Shown here in pieces: positions 27,301 to 39,903 of a DNA stretch of 64,000 bases (position 1 is the stretch's first letter; each line of letters opens with the position of its first letter). Made by a program: the position numbers and the translations under genes. Location: assembly GCA_965644295.1 (NCBI GenBank), contig CBFFRP010000143.1, forward strand, positions 62,001-126,000, written 5' to 3'. The notes under the pieces were generated by a model. That model was not told the DNA's origin. It was given only the letters and a program-made list of their open reading frames with translations, and ran no database searches. Origin of the DNA: Paraphysomonas bandaiensis (lineage: Eukaryota > Protista > Chrysophyceae).

Positions 27301-30300
27301 CATGTACCAACTGCTGCGAACTGATATTCTCGTCAATTCGCTTACGGAGTATGTTAATTGCACCACCGATTTCTTGCAAATCCAGATGCGCACCACTATA
27401 TGAATGTTGAATCTCACGCTTACGTAAGCCACTTTTCACGTCGTTAACGCTAATATCGTTGTGAAATTCATCCAGTGACATATTGTGGATATACATGTTA
27501 GCTGAAGCAACTTTTACTGTAAGATTGTTTACTTCTTCGTGTAATTTCTTTATTTGCGCTATCATGTCAACGCCAACTTGCTTCAACCGATTGAGAGCAA
27601 ACATACGGCATCGACCAATTGCCTCCAATAACTCCTCTTTCTCTCGCGCGAACCGGTCGAATGAAGCTGAAACACCAAAAGCAACCTTACCTGTACCGGA
27701 TGTCGAATCTCGACGACGAATAAAAAAAGACCCTCTCCGTGATGCGGCAGCTAGCGAGTGTTCAACATCCTCTTCCAAAGAAAGTTCGTGAACATTCTTG
27801 CCTTCAGTGAAATCCCTTATAAGGCTATGCAGGGCATCACATATTTCGACTTCAACTTCGAACATATCTTTCCCGTTATCAAAATTTTTCAATTTACGCA
27901 ACAGAAATATCAAGCTGCCTAAATCTGTATTTTCGTTAAGATAGTATGCTTTCAGTTTCGATACAAAATCAGTGAACAAATTGCATCGAGTAATGAATGC
28001 TGAAGGCAGTCGATTAAATAGTCGCCGGAGCTGATAGATTCTTGCACGTCCTAGTTGGCTCAGAAAGCTCTTGAACGAAGTTATCATTCCCAGAGAATTT
28101 CGAATATCTTGAAACTGCTCGTTCATGTATTTCGTTTGAAGTAACTGGTCAATGCTTCGCGTCAGCGCCGACAAGCGTGCCCGATCTGTCATATGCATCA
28201 GATCTGAATCATTCCACTAATGTTCTACTCACCTCTAGCAATAGCAATCTGCGTCTCATCTGGAAGATGTTGATCATCTTCAATAACATGCTTAAGTTTT
28301 ACCACAATCATACTGCGATCTAACTGTTTGCAAAGATTTTCCGTATTCAGAGACCATACCCGTCGAAACGTGGAACTGAGACACTGAATCGTCGCATCCA
28401 TATCAATGGTCTGAAAGTATGCTCCCCTCATCTAGTACATTGTAGTTATTTAAAAACGGCGAGAACAACTCTGATGCTTACCTGATGCATGCACCTGACA
28501 GCAATTCCGAAAAGTTCTGACGACGACAATATTGACGATGACTTAAGATTGCTGAAATACCTTGAACTAGTAGAGTTACTCAACTCTAACTTCTCTGCTT
28601 CGTCCACAGACAGATCAACTTTGGTTTTTATCAAAACCCCTCTTGTAACAAGTTTGTGATCTCTCAAATTCGGGATATCATCGAGTAGCTTTCCTAGTGC
28701 ACCATAAAGCTCGTGCAATCCTTGCACCATACGCTGCTTAGTAGGAAGAGGTTGAACTTTTACAGAAGCAAGTGACCATGTATTGTTGTTCATATCAATA
28801 GTAACTGGTTGGCACACATCATCTACACTGTGCACAAGTGCGATGTCTACGGAAAAAAAACTTCCAGCTGACTGCCACACGCTTGAGACGAATTCGCTGC
28901 CCATCTGCCCACTCAAAGATTCCGATGACAACAGCGGAGAATCGACATCTACGACTGATGGTAGTTTGATAAGTGTCGGTTTCTGTGTCCTTCCTAGTCG
29001 TCCATCGTCCACAGCAGGTACCTTCCGACCAGATTCAGCGAAATCATGATGAGTTGATAGACAAACTGCCGACTGTAAATTCCACACGCCGAACTCACTC
29101 CCACTATCCTTAATATAAACGTGTCCGGGTGAAAATTTTGAGACACTCACAGGACGTACACCACATATCTGTTGTGAGACACGAGTCCAAAACGACTTCA
29201 TAACTTCAACCATGGCAGCATCAACCATATACTGGCCAATAACAAGCACCCGCATAATTTTGTTCTGATACTCCTGGCGTAAACGTTGCACTCCACGGAC
29301 TTGGCTCCAGTCCACACCATCACCATCAGCATGTTCACCCTTGGAATAAGGATGGTGGGCTATAATGTCATCCACGCGGTTTTTCAAATACTCGTAGCTG
29401 ACGAGAGTGTCAAATGCGTTCTGAATATCGTCACTAATATCAGTGACTATACGCCTCACACAGTCCGCTGCGTTGTTTACCTTTTCCACCTGTGACTTGA
29501 TGTAGGACATGATGTTCACTGACCCTGGTGCTCGGTACGCAAAGAGGTCTAGCCCTGCTTCCAGTGAGTAGCTTACTGATCTTAACTTAAGCACAGTCTT
29601 CAAGATTGGGACATCACTGAATAACGCACATTGACTTAATTTTTTTTTATGTCTATGAAATCGAACTTTTCGAATCCAGTCTTTCCAATGTGCCATGATT
29701 TTACATTCATAAAACAGCCTAAAAAACTTCATTCTACGTAGTGCATCCACAATATTACGTTCATGAAGAAATTCCTTTAGAGAAATATGAACACTGATAT
29801 TGTCCTCGTCTGTGTAAAGAAGCCCTTCTAGAGAAAGCTGCATCAATTTTTGTCTGAAAGACTTCGATTCGTGTTTATTGGTCTTGGACCATACCAGTTC
29901 CGACTCAGGAAAGCCAGGTCTTTCAAGTACTACAATATCATACAACGCAGAACGACTAAACTCATATAAATCACGTTTAGAAACTACATGGAGAAATCCG
30001 CATTCCTTATGTACCGATAGGTAATTCAGTGCATCATCGACTGTCATACTGGAAAATACAGGGGACGATGCTTCGAATTCTTTTACTACATGCGGCAGCG
30101 TCATAGATCTTTCTGGGTCTACTCTATTCTCCGTAACCGTTACATGCCGATATTTTGTGTGTGATGTATGTGACATGAGTAGACGATCCTGGAGGGCACT
30201 TTCAGGAGGGGCAGGAGGTGGATCTGGTTTCCCAGAATCCATGAAACCTTCATAGGACATAAAGTTGCAAGTAGCGGTGGTAGTGCCATAGCGACCGGGG

Positions 30301-30470
30301 CGCCGTATCTTTCCTGTCGTACGCGGCGGGCTGGGTGATATTGGGTACCGATATGGTGCAGCTGAATGTGCGTCGTGACGTTCGCTAAGAACTCGTTGAC
30401 GCTCCTTGATGCAATGCTCTTGACTCTCTGTTACAGGTTTTCCCCTGGACAGATCATCGTCATTTCCCAT
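12327..30470 (-). CDS. Giant, highly divergent axonemal dynein heavy chain-like protein (~5,900 aa, ~8 exons), DNAH6-like N-terminus, degenerate AAA1
   Basis: Consecutive minus-strand ORFs joined by ~45-50 nt GT-AG introns (e.g. 24017-24060, 28186-28232). Dynein landmarks occur in order: N-terminal LRRMKFFRLFYECKIMAHWKDW; linker MKSRHWESI, QDQWLSLFHF, ACPRLALL, LREMFEGV; AAA1 PYGLEYQG; AAA2 GPSGCGKS, LIGSFDDNGKWKDGTL; AAA3 GPAGAGKS...FIDDLH; AAA4 VLRIMRIL; coiled-coil stalk; AAA5-like FIIDPDG. Confidence 0.85.
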
Positions 30471-31130
30471 AGTTCTACAGACTAGGAGACAGAGATATTA
30501 TATATCTAACCTACGAACTTAGCCGAGAGATGCGCGAATGAGCCACGACATCCAGCTGTTCTGCATACACGATATAATAATAAACGGATCTAAAAATATG
30601 AGGCGTAATTTCTGATGCGTATGAAACAGTTACAAGTAACTTATGTCAATACATAGATAATGCGGGAGACTTCAGTCAAACAAACCTTAACATAATGGCG
30701 TTCTAATGATATCATGTGCTCTGTACAGCACATCGCTGTGGTGTGTTTATATCAGACTACAAGAATGTGTGTGAAGGTACTGTATTCCTGCTGTATATAC
30801 ACTGTTGGCCTCATTCAAATATCGTCCGCAAGGGCTGTATTTTAGTGTATACGTACTTGTATATGTGGAACGGTTTTCGTTTTTGAAAAAAAAGGATTGG
30901 AGAATTTTCAAAAAACTTACTCTGTATTTCTGGGAGTAATACTTTTGTATACGTTGTATTCGTCTCAGTGTATTTATGGTAGTATATCATATGGAACTGA
31001 TTGGTTCCCACTCTCTCTACTCTGCTGCTGTGTTGGTGTATATCTGTGCGTGGGCCTGCATCTCTATGAACACTGGAACAAGATTGATTAATGCCCTCAT
31101 CTGCAACTGTGTAGTGTGTATTTCCAAGAC

Positions 31131-33491
31131 ATGTCTTTGATCACGTGGTCCTCACTGATAGGTGCACATGATGAGAACCGAACTCGTGAATTTGTGCATA
31201 GAGTAGTGACGAGCATAGATGCGGCCGATATCGCCCCTTCATTGAAGATATTAATTGATTCTATTCCCCATGAGGATGCAGTTAATGTGAATGTCAAACT
31301 CGAACTTTTGAAGAGCATTATGATGTCAAGTCCTCAATCTATTTTGTTTAAGATATCACCTGACAAATGTTTGATTCGTTGGCTCTGTAGCATTGCACAT
31401 GATACTGTTAATGCGACTCCGTCAGTGCGAGGAACATCAATAGCGATTCTTACTTTGCTACTACGTCATTATCGCCCTGTCTGTTGCGACATCGAAGAAA
31501 TAGGCCGTGCTGTATGTGTCTGCATTGAGAGTTCTTGTCAATTGCTAGCTTCGAACAGCGCTGAAGACATCTTGTTTAGCCCAGGATCAATTTTGTTACA
31601 TCAATGCGCAACTATACTAGAAGCTGTAGGCGATCCCTCACTGCCGTGTATCAAACTAGTTGTTGAGTCTATTGCGTCATCGTCTGCGATTATATCTTGT
31701 GTTGCTGGTCTTAGACTTAGCTCTGCATACTCTCGTATCCAGACTGACGCTGTGAAGGTGTTCAGTATGGTGGGAGAGATATGGCTCTTACACAATAAAC
31801 AATCTTGTGACACAGATGTAGATATCAAAAGTTTTGTTGAAACTCCTACCCATATTTTCACTCTGATGTCACAGGAGGGTGGAATTGTGCATGATTGTCT
31901 TCATAGTGGCTTTCAGTGTGCCCTCGAAGTCAATGCAGCAATTTACGATAGAAATCAGTCATGTGGAGCCATTAACGCCAATAGTCCAAATTTTGTGAGA
32001 CACTGGGTTGAAATGGTGAAAAGTGGTATAGAGTCTACATTATCTAGCAATGATGCGTGGGCTATGGTTAATGAGCAAGACTCGCCACCAATAGTTCTAG
32101 AGATACAGAGGGTTGAGTCATTAATAGGGTTATTGTCCGCTTTATTTGACTTTAAAGCTGATGCCGATCAAGGTCAGTCAAGTGTGGATGTGTCAAGGGG
32201 ATTTTCACAAAGTGATTATGACTGGCTTGTAACAGCTGATATGTCTTTGCTTCTCATTCAGTCAACGATACGGATGTTGAAATCTCGCATGGCTGCAATA
32301 CATTCTGAATCGCGTGCACTGAAGTCTGTGAAGACGGTGTGCAGTGATGTGAGGAAGGGATGTATTGCTCTTGCTCATAGTGTTTATTCTGCTTGTCCGA
32401 TATATGTTTGTATGGACTCCAGCTCAGAGGTTTGCGCTTACCACTTCAGTGGTATGGGTGTGTTCGAAATAGCCATCGATACTCTCGGTACGCCGCTACT
32501 CTTTGGTGCTGTGTACCGGGGAATAATATATATTAATGACCATTGTACATCAAGTACAAAGGGGTTGATTACTACAAAGACTGCTGTTGCCATCACGAAT
32601 AAAATGGTTCAACACGTCGTAGGTGCTCTGAAGAAAGTTCCTCGGTACTCTGTATCGGCTGCAAGTGACGTTCTCTCCGCGATAGAGGAGCTGGCTGATG
32701 CCGGGTGTACGGAAATGTTTGATGCAGATATTGCGTCGCACTTTTTAGCAGCTTATGAGCAGCAGCCTAAGTCAACTCTCCGACAGCAGTCTTCTGAGCC
32801 CAATCCCACACAGTGGAACTTGCGTTGTACCAGTACTGCGCAGGCACTGTTAGGCATGTCACGTTTCTATGGTTCTGACGGCGTCAAACGTTGGGATTCA
32901 ATGATTCTGTTTATAATTAATCTTTTTAACACATTCTCCGCTGATATTATATTACTCCACGAGTTTCTTGGTAACGCGGTGGACGGATTAAAGCAGTCTG
33001 TAGAGAATACTACTGCGTGTATTGCGACACAGAGGAAAAGTATTGCAGCAAGAGTACAGTCTAAATTCAAAACATCTGTACCCGATATCATATCAACTGT
33101 GCTACATGGTTTAACTATATCACTGGTGAAGTGTCTAGGTGTAGTACAAGAGTCTACCTCCAATTTACGTGAGCAGTTTGTCTCCAGGTGTTGCGAACCG
33201 TTGGAAACACTGGGAACTTTTATATGTCGAATATCCCGTCGTGTACTGCTCTTCGAAGATGATTGTATACAGCTATGCAGTGAGCTCGAGCTTGCTTGTA
33301 AGATAGCGTCAGTTTTAAAGTTGTCGGGTGAGTGCCACGACGCGTTTATTACAGAAATACGAAAGTCCTTGAGAGAAGTGATCCGCATAGCATCGAGTTC
33401 AACTTTCCAGCTTGGTGATAGATATTCTCGAATTCTTGTTGAAACGAGTCAACATGAATTAGATCGCCTACTAAGCATGTCCAGAACCTAA
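31131..33491 (+). CDS. Hypothetical protein (~786 aa), probably alpha-helical/ARM-like
   Basis: Long uninterrupted ORF with first ATG at 31131 and amphipathic helical composition. No family recognised. Confidence 0.7.
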   Translation: MSLITWSSLIGAHDENRTREFVHRVVTSIDAADIAPSLKILIDSIPHEDAVNVNVKLELLKSIMMSSPQSILFKISPDKCLIRWLCSIAHDTVNATPSVRGTSIAILTLLLRHYRPVCCDIEEIGRAVCVCIESSCQLLASNSAEDILFSPGSILLHQCATILEAVGDPSLPCIKLVVESIASSSAIISCVAGLRLSSAYSRIQTDAVKVFSMVGEIWLLHNKQSCDTDVDIKSFVETPTHIFTLMSQEGGIVHDCLHSGFQCALEVNAAIYDRNQSCGAINANSPNFVRHWVEMVKSGIESTLSSNDAWAMVNEQDSPPIVLEIQRVESLIGLLSALFDFKADADQGQSSVDVSRGFSQSDYDWLVTADMSLLLIQSTIRMLKSRMAAIHSESRALKSVKTVCSDVRKGCIALAHSVYSACPIYVCMDSSSEVCAYHFSGMGVFEIAIDTLGTPLLFGAVYRGIIYINDHCTSSTKGLITTKTAVAITNKMVQHVVGALKKVPRYSVSAASDVLSAIEELADAGCTEMFDADIASHFLAAYEQQPKSTLRQQSSEPNPTQWNLRCTSTAQALLGMSRFYGSDGVKRWDSMILFIINLFNTFSADIILLHEFLGNAVDGLKQSVENTTACIATQRKSIAARVQSKFKTSVPDIISTVLHGLTISLVKCLGVVQESTSNLREQFVSRCCEPLETLGTFICRISRRVLLFEDDCIQLCSELELACKIASVLKLSGECHDAFITEIRKSLREVIRIASSSTFQLGDRYSRILVETSQHELDRLLSMSRT

Positions 33492-34110
33492 CTTAGCATA
33501 TTTTCTATAATAAAAATCTTTGTCATTCTTAATTAAAGATATTACTAACGATAGAAAATAAAAATCTACGAGCTTGGTGAGAAGGTGTTTAACTACGTTC
33601 TAGAACGATACACGTCGAACACGATTTGTAGAATAATGTATTTTATGACTCAGAAATACTGCATAAGCATAATCTATAAATGAAATGCTTTATTTCGTAA
33701 ATACATAGGCTATGATGCAATCAACAAAACACTATAGATTGTGCATCATGCATCACGATGAGACAAGTCGACAGTCTAATCTATTTCATCCATTTGCACA
33801 GGCAATATTGGGCGAGGAGTTGCACAAAAACCTTTTTCAAGTACCATTGTACTTTATATCAAAAATATAATTCTGTGTGCGTTAGTTTATTCCTACATAT
33901 ATATTCTGCTGATTCGAGGTTTAACACAAACTTATGTAAGAAATCATGCTTAGAGATTACAACCAGCCACTCTCTCCTACATATAATACACGAACGTCAG
34001 CTAGCAGAAGTTGTTTTAATCTGTTATTCTTATAATCACATGTTATTGAGCACTCACAATCAGGTCGGAGACTACATAATGCCAACAACAAATATATATT
34101 TTCTTGTCAA

Positions 34111-37100
34111 CTAATATCTTATACCACTTCCTTTAGAATACGGGGAGTTCCATCGTTTCGATCCAACAGAAGCGGGCCCATTAACCGTACTTCCTCCAAT
34201 CGATTTGTTAGAAAATGATGGAGACGGCCAACGTCTGCTATTCGAAGAGTCAAATGTATGAGGCTTGCGTCGATGATGAGCTTTGGAAGAATCCGATCCA
34301 CCCGGAGAAAATGAATTAAACCTGTTAAGATCTTGCAAAGCCAAGTCCAACTGCAGGCGTTGTCGTGCAATACGTTTCTTGTCACTCAGAAGCTTTTCGT
34401 GATGAGCCCTAACAATATGCATTAGATCAAGCAATTCTTCTGTGCGGGCCTTATGAGAATGATATGCTTCAGTTTCAGCGGCTCGTAGCTCGTCCCATTG
34501 ACGCTCAATATCCTCTTTCTCAATTAGAATTATATCTTCGACTTCTTGAACCCTCTCACGCAAAATATCTTCCTCAGCTTTAATTCGCTTCATGCTCTCG
34601 ATTTCACTGGAAGATATGCGATCCATTACTTCCTGCTCTTCTTTTCGGAGCATAGCGGTGGCTTCCTCTGTCTCGATTCGTAGACGTTCTCTTTGGGCCG
34701 CCACCTCCCGCTTTTCTCCCAGTATCATCTGGTATGAATTAAGATACTCTTCATCAATGAAGCATACGTAGTCCGATTGCGTGCCCCTCTCAGCCGTCTG
34801 CACAGGAGGCACAGCAGCAGCAGGTGCCACTGACGCAACAGAAGAATGACTGCTGACAGAGTCGTAAGACATAAGTGGACGATGTTTCACGAGAGGACTG
34901 AAACCTCCAGCATCATGGTCGGTGATAGTATCATTGCGTTCGACAGCATTAGAAGGTGTTTTTTCTTGTACAGTCGGCGCTGCGGCGGGCGTCGACAATT
35001 TAGATTTCGAACTCCTGAATGTCTTGCCAAGAGCAGAGTTACCTCTCCTCCGAGGGAGAGTCGACAATCTTGTCGGACTACTGCCATCTCCTACAGTATT
35101 TGCTCGTCCTGGAGAGACTCTTGCAATGGGATTCACTGAGTCTGAGACAGGTTCGGGTGATGCTGATCTCGGTCGTGGTGGGCTTGGTGGGGCATCGAAA
35201 TCGTCAGCAGGTGTCATGAATCCCATCGACAGCCCATTGCTCTCCGAAGTCTGAATGGTGGCCGTAGCATTATTATCCTGCACAGCAGCATCCATTTGGT
35301 CTACTCTCGACTTGTCATTTTGATTAGAAACACGCGCAATCCCTCCCCGAGTAGGACGCGTGTTGTCACCACCTCTTGCACGCCTCAACAAAAACGAAGG
35401 AGGGTGTCTCCGGGGATGCTTTGGTCGCCCAATGATAAGTGAACTCTCTAAAGCAGAGGTGTCGTCTACAACTGGTACGTTCTCACTACCCTCAAAATTT
35501 CGGTGAGCACCTGTGTGAGCAGATTCGTGTTTTGATAAATCCTGATCTTGTACAGTTTCGTCTGGTGCTACATATATAGTGGAATCGCCCGCTTTACTAT
35601 TCCTAAATTGACTGGCAATTTGTACATCAGCATCAGCACCAATCGACTCCTCGAGGTGATCAGGAAGGCCAAAAATGGCACTGCCCTTCGATGCACTCCC
35701 TGTTATTGCTACATCTGAAGTTGCGAGCGGTGCAGCATTGCCGAAGTCCATCGCACTGTCGTGGCTCTCGACAGGTTTCTCAGCTACGCCCGTGTTTCGT
35801 TCGCTTCCATCAGTTTCTGCATCACTGCTGCTCTCAATACCCTCGCTTTCATCGTCACTGAACACATTCGCCCCATCATCAACCGCTGTTTCAACGTGGG
35901 CGTCTTCTCGATAGACTCCACCGTCAGAATCTTGATCGGTGCTGCTAGAGAGAGTAGCAGCGGGAGTAGGAACATCAGTGCCTTGAATGTTATACGCAAC
36001 ATCAGTAGCCGAAGCTACGCCACTGGATGCCACTACATTTTGTGATGACTCCCCACTATGCTTTCTATTGGCTATATTTCTCATTGCAGCAGCCTTGCGC
36101 TGCGAAAATGAGCCCGTGGAACGAAGTGATGCACTCTTCTGTTTTATATCAACATCAGCTGTGACTTCCATTGGAGTAGGAACTATATTATGACTTGAAA
36201 TTGCAACTGGGTTCGAAGGAGGAATGGGATCTGTTGCGTGCTCTTCAGGACTACTTACCGGCTGTATTGTCTCTTCAGCAACAGATTCGTCTGCTTCTTG
36301 CTCCTCAGAACCTTCAGTCTCACTTCGGGCATCATCAGCTGGTGTGTCGGAGAAAACTAAATGTATTTCATTCCCTGCAGGAGCAGCACGGAGAATATCC
36401 ATAATACTGTCAAAATCCATTCGGCGAACATCGTGACCGCAGGCTTCCATGAGAAGCATACCGGGTTTCACTTTTCCAGTGGCTGCAGCATTGCCCTCGG
36501 GAGCACAGCTTGCAACATGAACACCCATTTCAGCATCTGGCTCGTTCTCACCAAGAGTTATGCCCAACGGTTTGCATATGAACACTTCCACCACTGCAGG
36601 TGACGTCGGCCCTGATACTACCGTGTCGAGGACATCAGTTGAGGTGGAAGGCTTCTTCTTAAACATATCAACAAAAGCTTTGTCGCTGACATGACCCCCA
36701 GTCGTAGCTGGCGTATTTCCTGCCCCAGTGACAACGCTACTGGCGGCGGTAGACATGCCATCGCTCTCATCGTCGTGGAACTCAAATCCGTTAACCCGAT
36801 CCAAGTAAGCCGCTGCCGTACCTTCTCTGGCCAATTTCAAATGGTCGTTGTAATTAATCTTTACTTCAGATGATATCATTTTTTCTGGCGTTTGGATAAG
36901 GGCATCATCGAGTCCCACTTCTCTCATCTGACGTCTAATGTCGACAGGATTTCCACCGACGTCTGCCATACGGAAGTATTTGGCATAATCAGGATGGTCT
37001 CTAGCCCGCACCAAACTTTTCTCAGTAATATCATCATCACGTACATCTGATTTATCATTTGAGCCACCGAGAATCGAGCCAAAAAATTTGGAAATTGAAT

Positions 37101-38781
37101 TCGCTCCTTAAAATGAATTAATTGTTTCAAATAAAATATTGCGTGAACTTACTTTTGTACTGAGAGGAAGCTTTGTTCCCTACTTTGTCCCCTGAAATAT
37201 TACTCGATTGCGGATTCTGCAGTCTAATAAGAGAAGAGGTGGGCAATTCAGGAATCAATTACCTCAATCCATGATATAAAGGCATTAAATTGAACTACCC
37301 CATCGCCATTCGGGTCAAGATCGCATATAGATGTATCTAGATCATGTTTTACTAACTTGGCCCGCTGAAGCTCGTGATGCAACCTTGAAAACTCCTGTCG
37401 GCTGATTTCCCCCGTCAAGCCCCTATCATACTGTTTAAATGCCGCAGCAGCCTCCGTACGTAGCTTAGTGTGTGCGTCATTCGTTTTGGCCGTGCTGTTC
37501 CGTCATCATTTAAACGAGAGTATAGGAAAATCACGATTCTTACCTGAACCTGTCATTAGTTCGCCACCAGACCATAAATTCTTCGTACTCCAGAGAACCA
37601 TCCCCGTTGCCATCTAAGTCCTTTGTGGCAAGGTGTAAGTCGTCTGTGGTAAGGTGTGTGCCATAGTCATAGCATAGCTCCTGCAATCCATTCAAATCAA
37701 TAGCACCAGTGTCAACCCTTTTGTACTTTTCGAAGACTATTCGCACGAGCGGGCGAGTGCATGAATTGTCGCCGAAAAGATCACTGCGACCAACGGCAGA
37801 GCCACTTACGCCCGCAGGCAGTGATGTTGCTGCTGAACCTGTGACTGCGACAGATGGAGAAGTAACGCTGGACACATCGGAGAGGGTGGGGCTGCTGGTC
37901 AGGTCCCTCGGCCCTCCACCAAAAGGTTTCTTAGAAACAAGTGCACCCAGTGACTCCGCACTATCTCTCTCCTCTTCATCATCTTCCCCGTCACTCCATC
38001 GGGATGGACTTTCTGAACCACCTCCTGTTGTAGGCTTACTCGAGGCAATATTGCTGTAGCGCTTTTGTCCTTTGGGCTTTGCTGTCCTGCAGAAGTCACA
38101 TAATAGAGTGATACGAGATAGACAAAATCGTGCAGTTTATCACCTGTTTCGTCTGACTCGCGTCGAGGAGAGAGGACTTATATCTCTCTCGCCACGGTCC
38201 TCTGTACCGGATTCTCGTGATCGACTACCATCACTATCTTCACTATCTTCCGACTCTTTGACTGCAGTACTAAAATCTTGCACCGTTGTCTGCATGAATA
38301 CATTACTCTGGCGCCTGTTCATTTTTCGGAGGGCCATTGAACTACGACGAGCTGCAGTCGACAATTTCTCTAATGGTAGAGTCCACGTAGTCGTCTTTTT
38401 TTCGGTGTCTTCGTAATACGGAATACCTTGATCGGTTAAGTGTGTGATGTACTTCACCGCAGATTGTGGAGTTCCTTCTGGAAGTGTCCACGATGACACA
38501 CCAGTGCGCATGTGAACAAAAAACGGCACCTTATCAGTAGTATATTGTTGTATGTAAAATTCCGCACTAGAATATCCTTTCTTTTGATTATCGGCGCCAG
38601 ACGTGCTGCGCGGGCCCTTGTTTTCCATCGATTCTTTTCGTTGGAGTGTTTTTGGTTTATATGAATTGGCTGTTGCTTGTGCGTGTCTCACTTCACCCGT
38701 TGCTGTGTTAACGTGATATTCCCTTCCGTCCTGTGAATATTGTTTTTTCCACTCCACTGAATGATTCAAACTATCATCCAT
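34111..38781 (-). CDS. Multidomain protein: WW x3, EF-hand x4, CCDC53-C-like helical motif, PDZ, low-complexity region, coiled coil
   Basis: WW-like: WKKQYSQDGREYHVNTATGE, VPFFVHMRTGVSSWTLP, IPYYEDTEKKTTTWTLP. EF-hands: DGNGDGSLEYEEF, DRGLTGEISRQEF, DPNGDGVVQFNAF. DHPDYAKYFRMADVG motif. PDZ: KPLGITLGE...GNAAATGKVKPGM. Frame-preserving GT-AG introns can join all the ORFs. Confidence 0.72.
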
Positions 38782-39392
38782 ATTCGACTAGTAAATGCGT
38801 TATAGCTCTTCAATATCATAACCAATCATAGATTTAATTGACAATCATAGACAAAATAAATTCCGACAAACACTGTGTGTTAATATCGGCACGCATCACA
38901 CACAGAATAGACTCTCTACAATATAGAAGTCCTTTATTCTGTCCCGTAATTAAGTGTGACTATAATCTCTAATATAATCCCAGTACTTGTGTAGCCCCCT
39001 ACACGCACCTTCTAACCGACATATGGCTGTATACAAACTCCTGCACATACACACCCTTTTTTAACGATATTTATATCATGATATGTACACAGCAGTATAT
39101 TGCCTGTATACCGTATACCGTATACCTCAACTACAGCATATATTTATCAGCCGTTAAAAAAAGCTTTTCGCCAGCAATCTGCTGCTGTTGGTGCCTCAGC
39201 AAACTAATAAACTGAATTTCGTGTCTCTTGAAGATGTAAATATCAAGACCTATGTTGTGTAGTGGGTTCTGCTCATTGCTCAGCATCGTGAGCCCAGTGC
39301 GCTTTTTGTAATCAGCTGTATGCGCAACGTTGTTTCTGCATAATACTAAATCACAGTCGCGTCGTATATAGTTAGCGAAGCAGTCTGGCCAA

Positions 39393-39903
39393 ATGCGTTC
39401 TGTGTTATCTCGTAGATTGTTCAGCTCTGTGGCGAAGCCAAGAGAAACTGTTGTGAGGAGCGCAATGAAATTTGAGGCAATGGCTGCTGCAAGAAATTCA
39501 GAGGAACTGGCTGCAGCCGCCAATTATAAAGCTGAATTTGACCCCAAGCAGTTGCCTGAAAATCTCAAGTACTTTGATTCTTATGTGAACTCCAGTTCAG
39601 GCGCTGCACAGGAACCCTATGTCCCCAACCCTAAGGCCTGGCAGAATTTGCCTATTCTTAGCTTTGTTGCCCAGGAGTATACAAGGCCTGTCAACATCTG
39701 GCTTTTGATAATTGGCCCCCTGTAAGTGCGTTACTTATGATGTCTATTTTGTATAAATATTTCAATATAGGTTTTATATGTATTTGGTCTCATATCCGGG
39801 ACGCGCGGGGTGGTATGACGACGAGGAGATGACCAAGAAGTCTCTGTATGTCCAGCAACTTCGAGGCCTTCGTTCTAATTCCTTAGATGATCTGCATCAT
39901 TAA
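39393..39903 (+). CDS. Small mitochondrial membrane protein, probable ATP synthase subunit i/j (plant 6 kDa-type) homologue
   Basis: Presequence-like MRSVLSRRLFSS. Intron 39722-39770. C-terminal FVAQEYTRPVNIWLLIIGPLFYMYLV...DEEMTKKSLYVQQ resembles the plant 6 kDa subunit pattern F..REW.R.WPFL.G...TEEDAKNS.FVQ. Confidence 0.6.

Noticed and set aside
28204-28232. Possible 29-nt ultra-short intron in the dynein-like gene
   Set aside because: An in-frame acceptor 18 nt further gives a 47-nt intron matching the genome's typical size.
12404-29495. Many short plus-strand ORFs over the dynein-like gene and other long genes
   Set aside because: Antisense or alternate-frame shadows of real coding sequence with no independent motifs.
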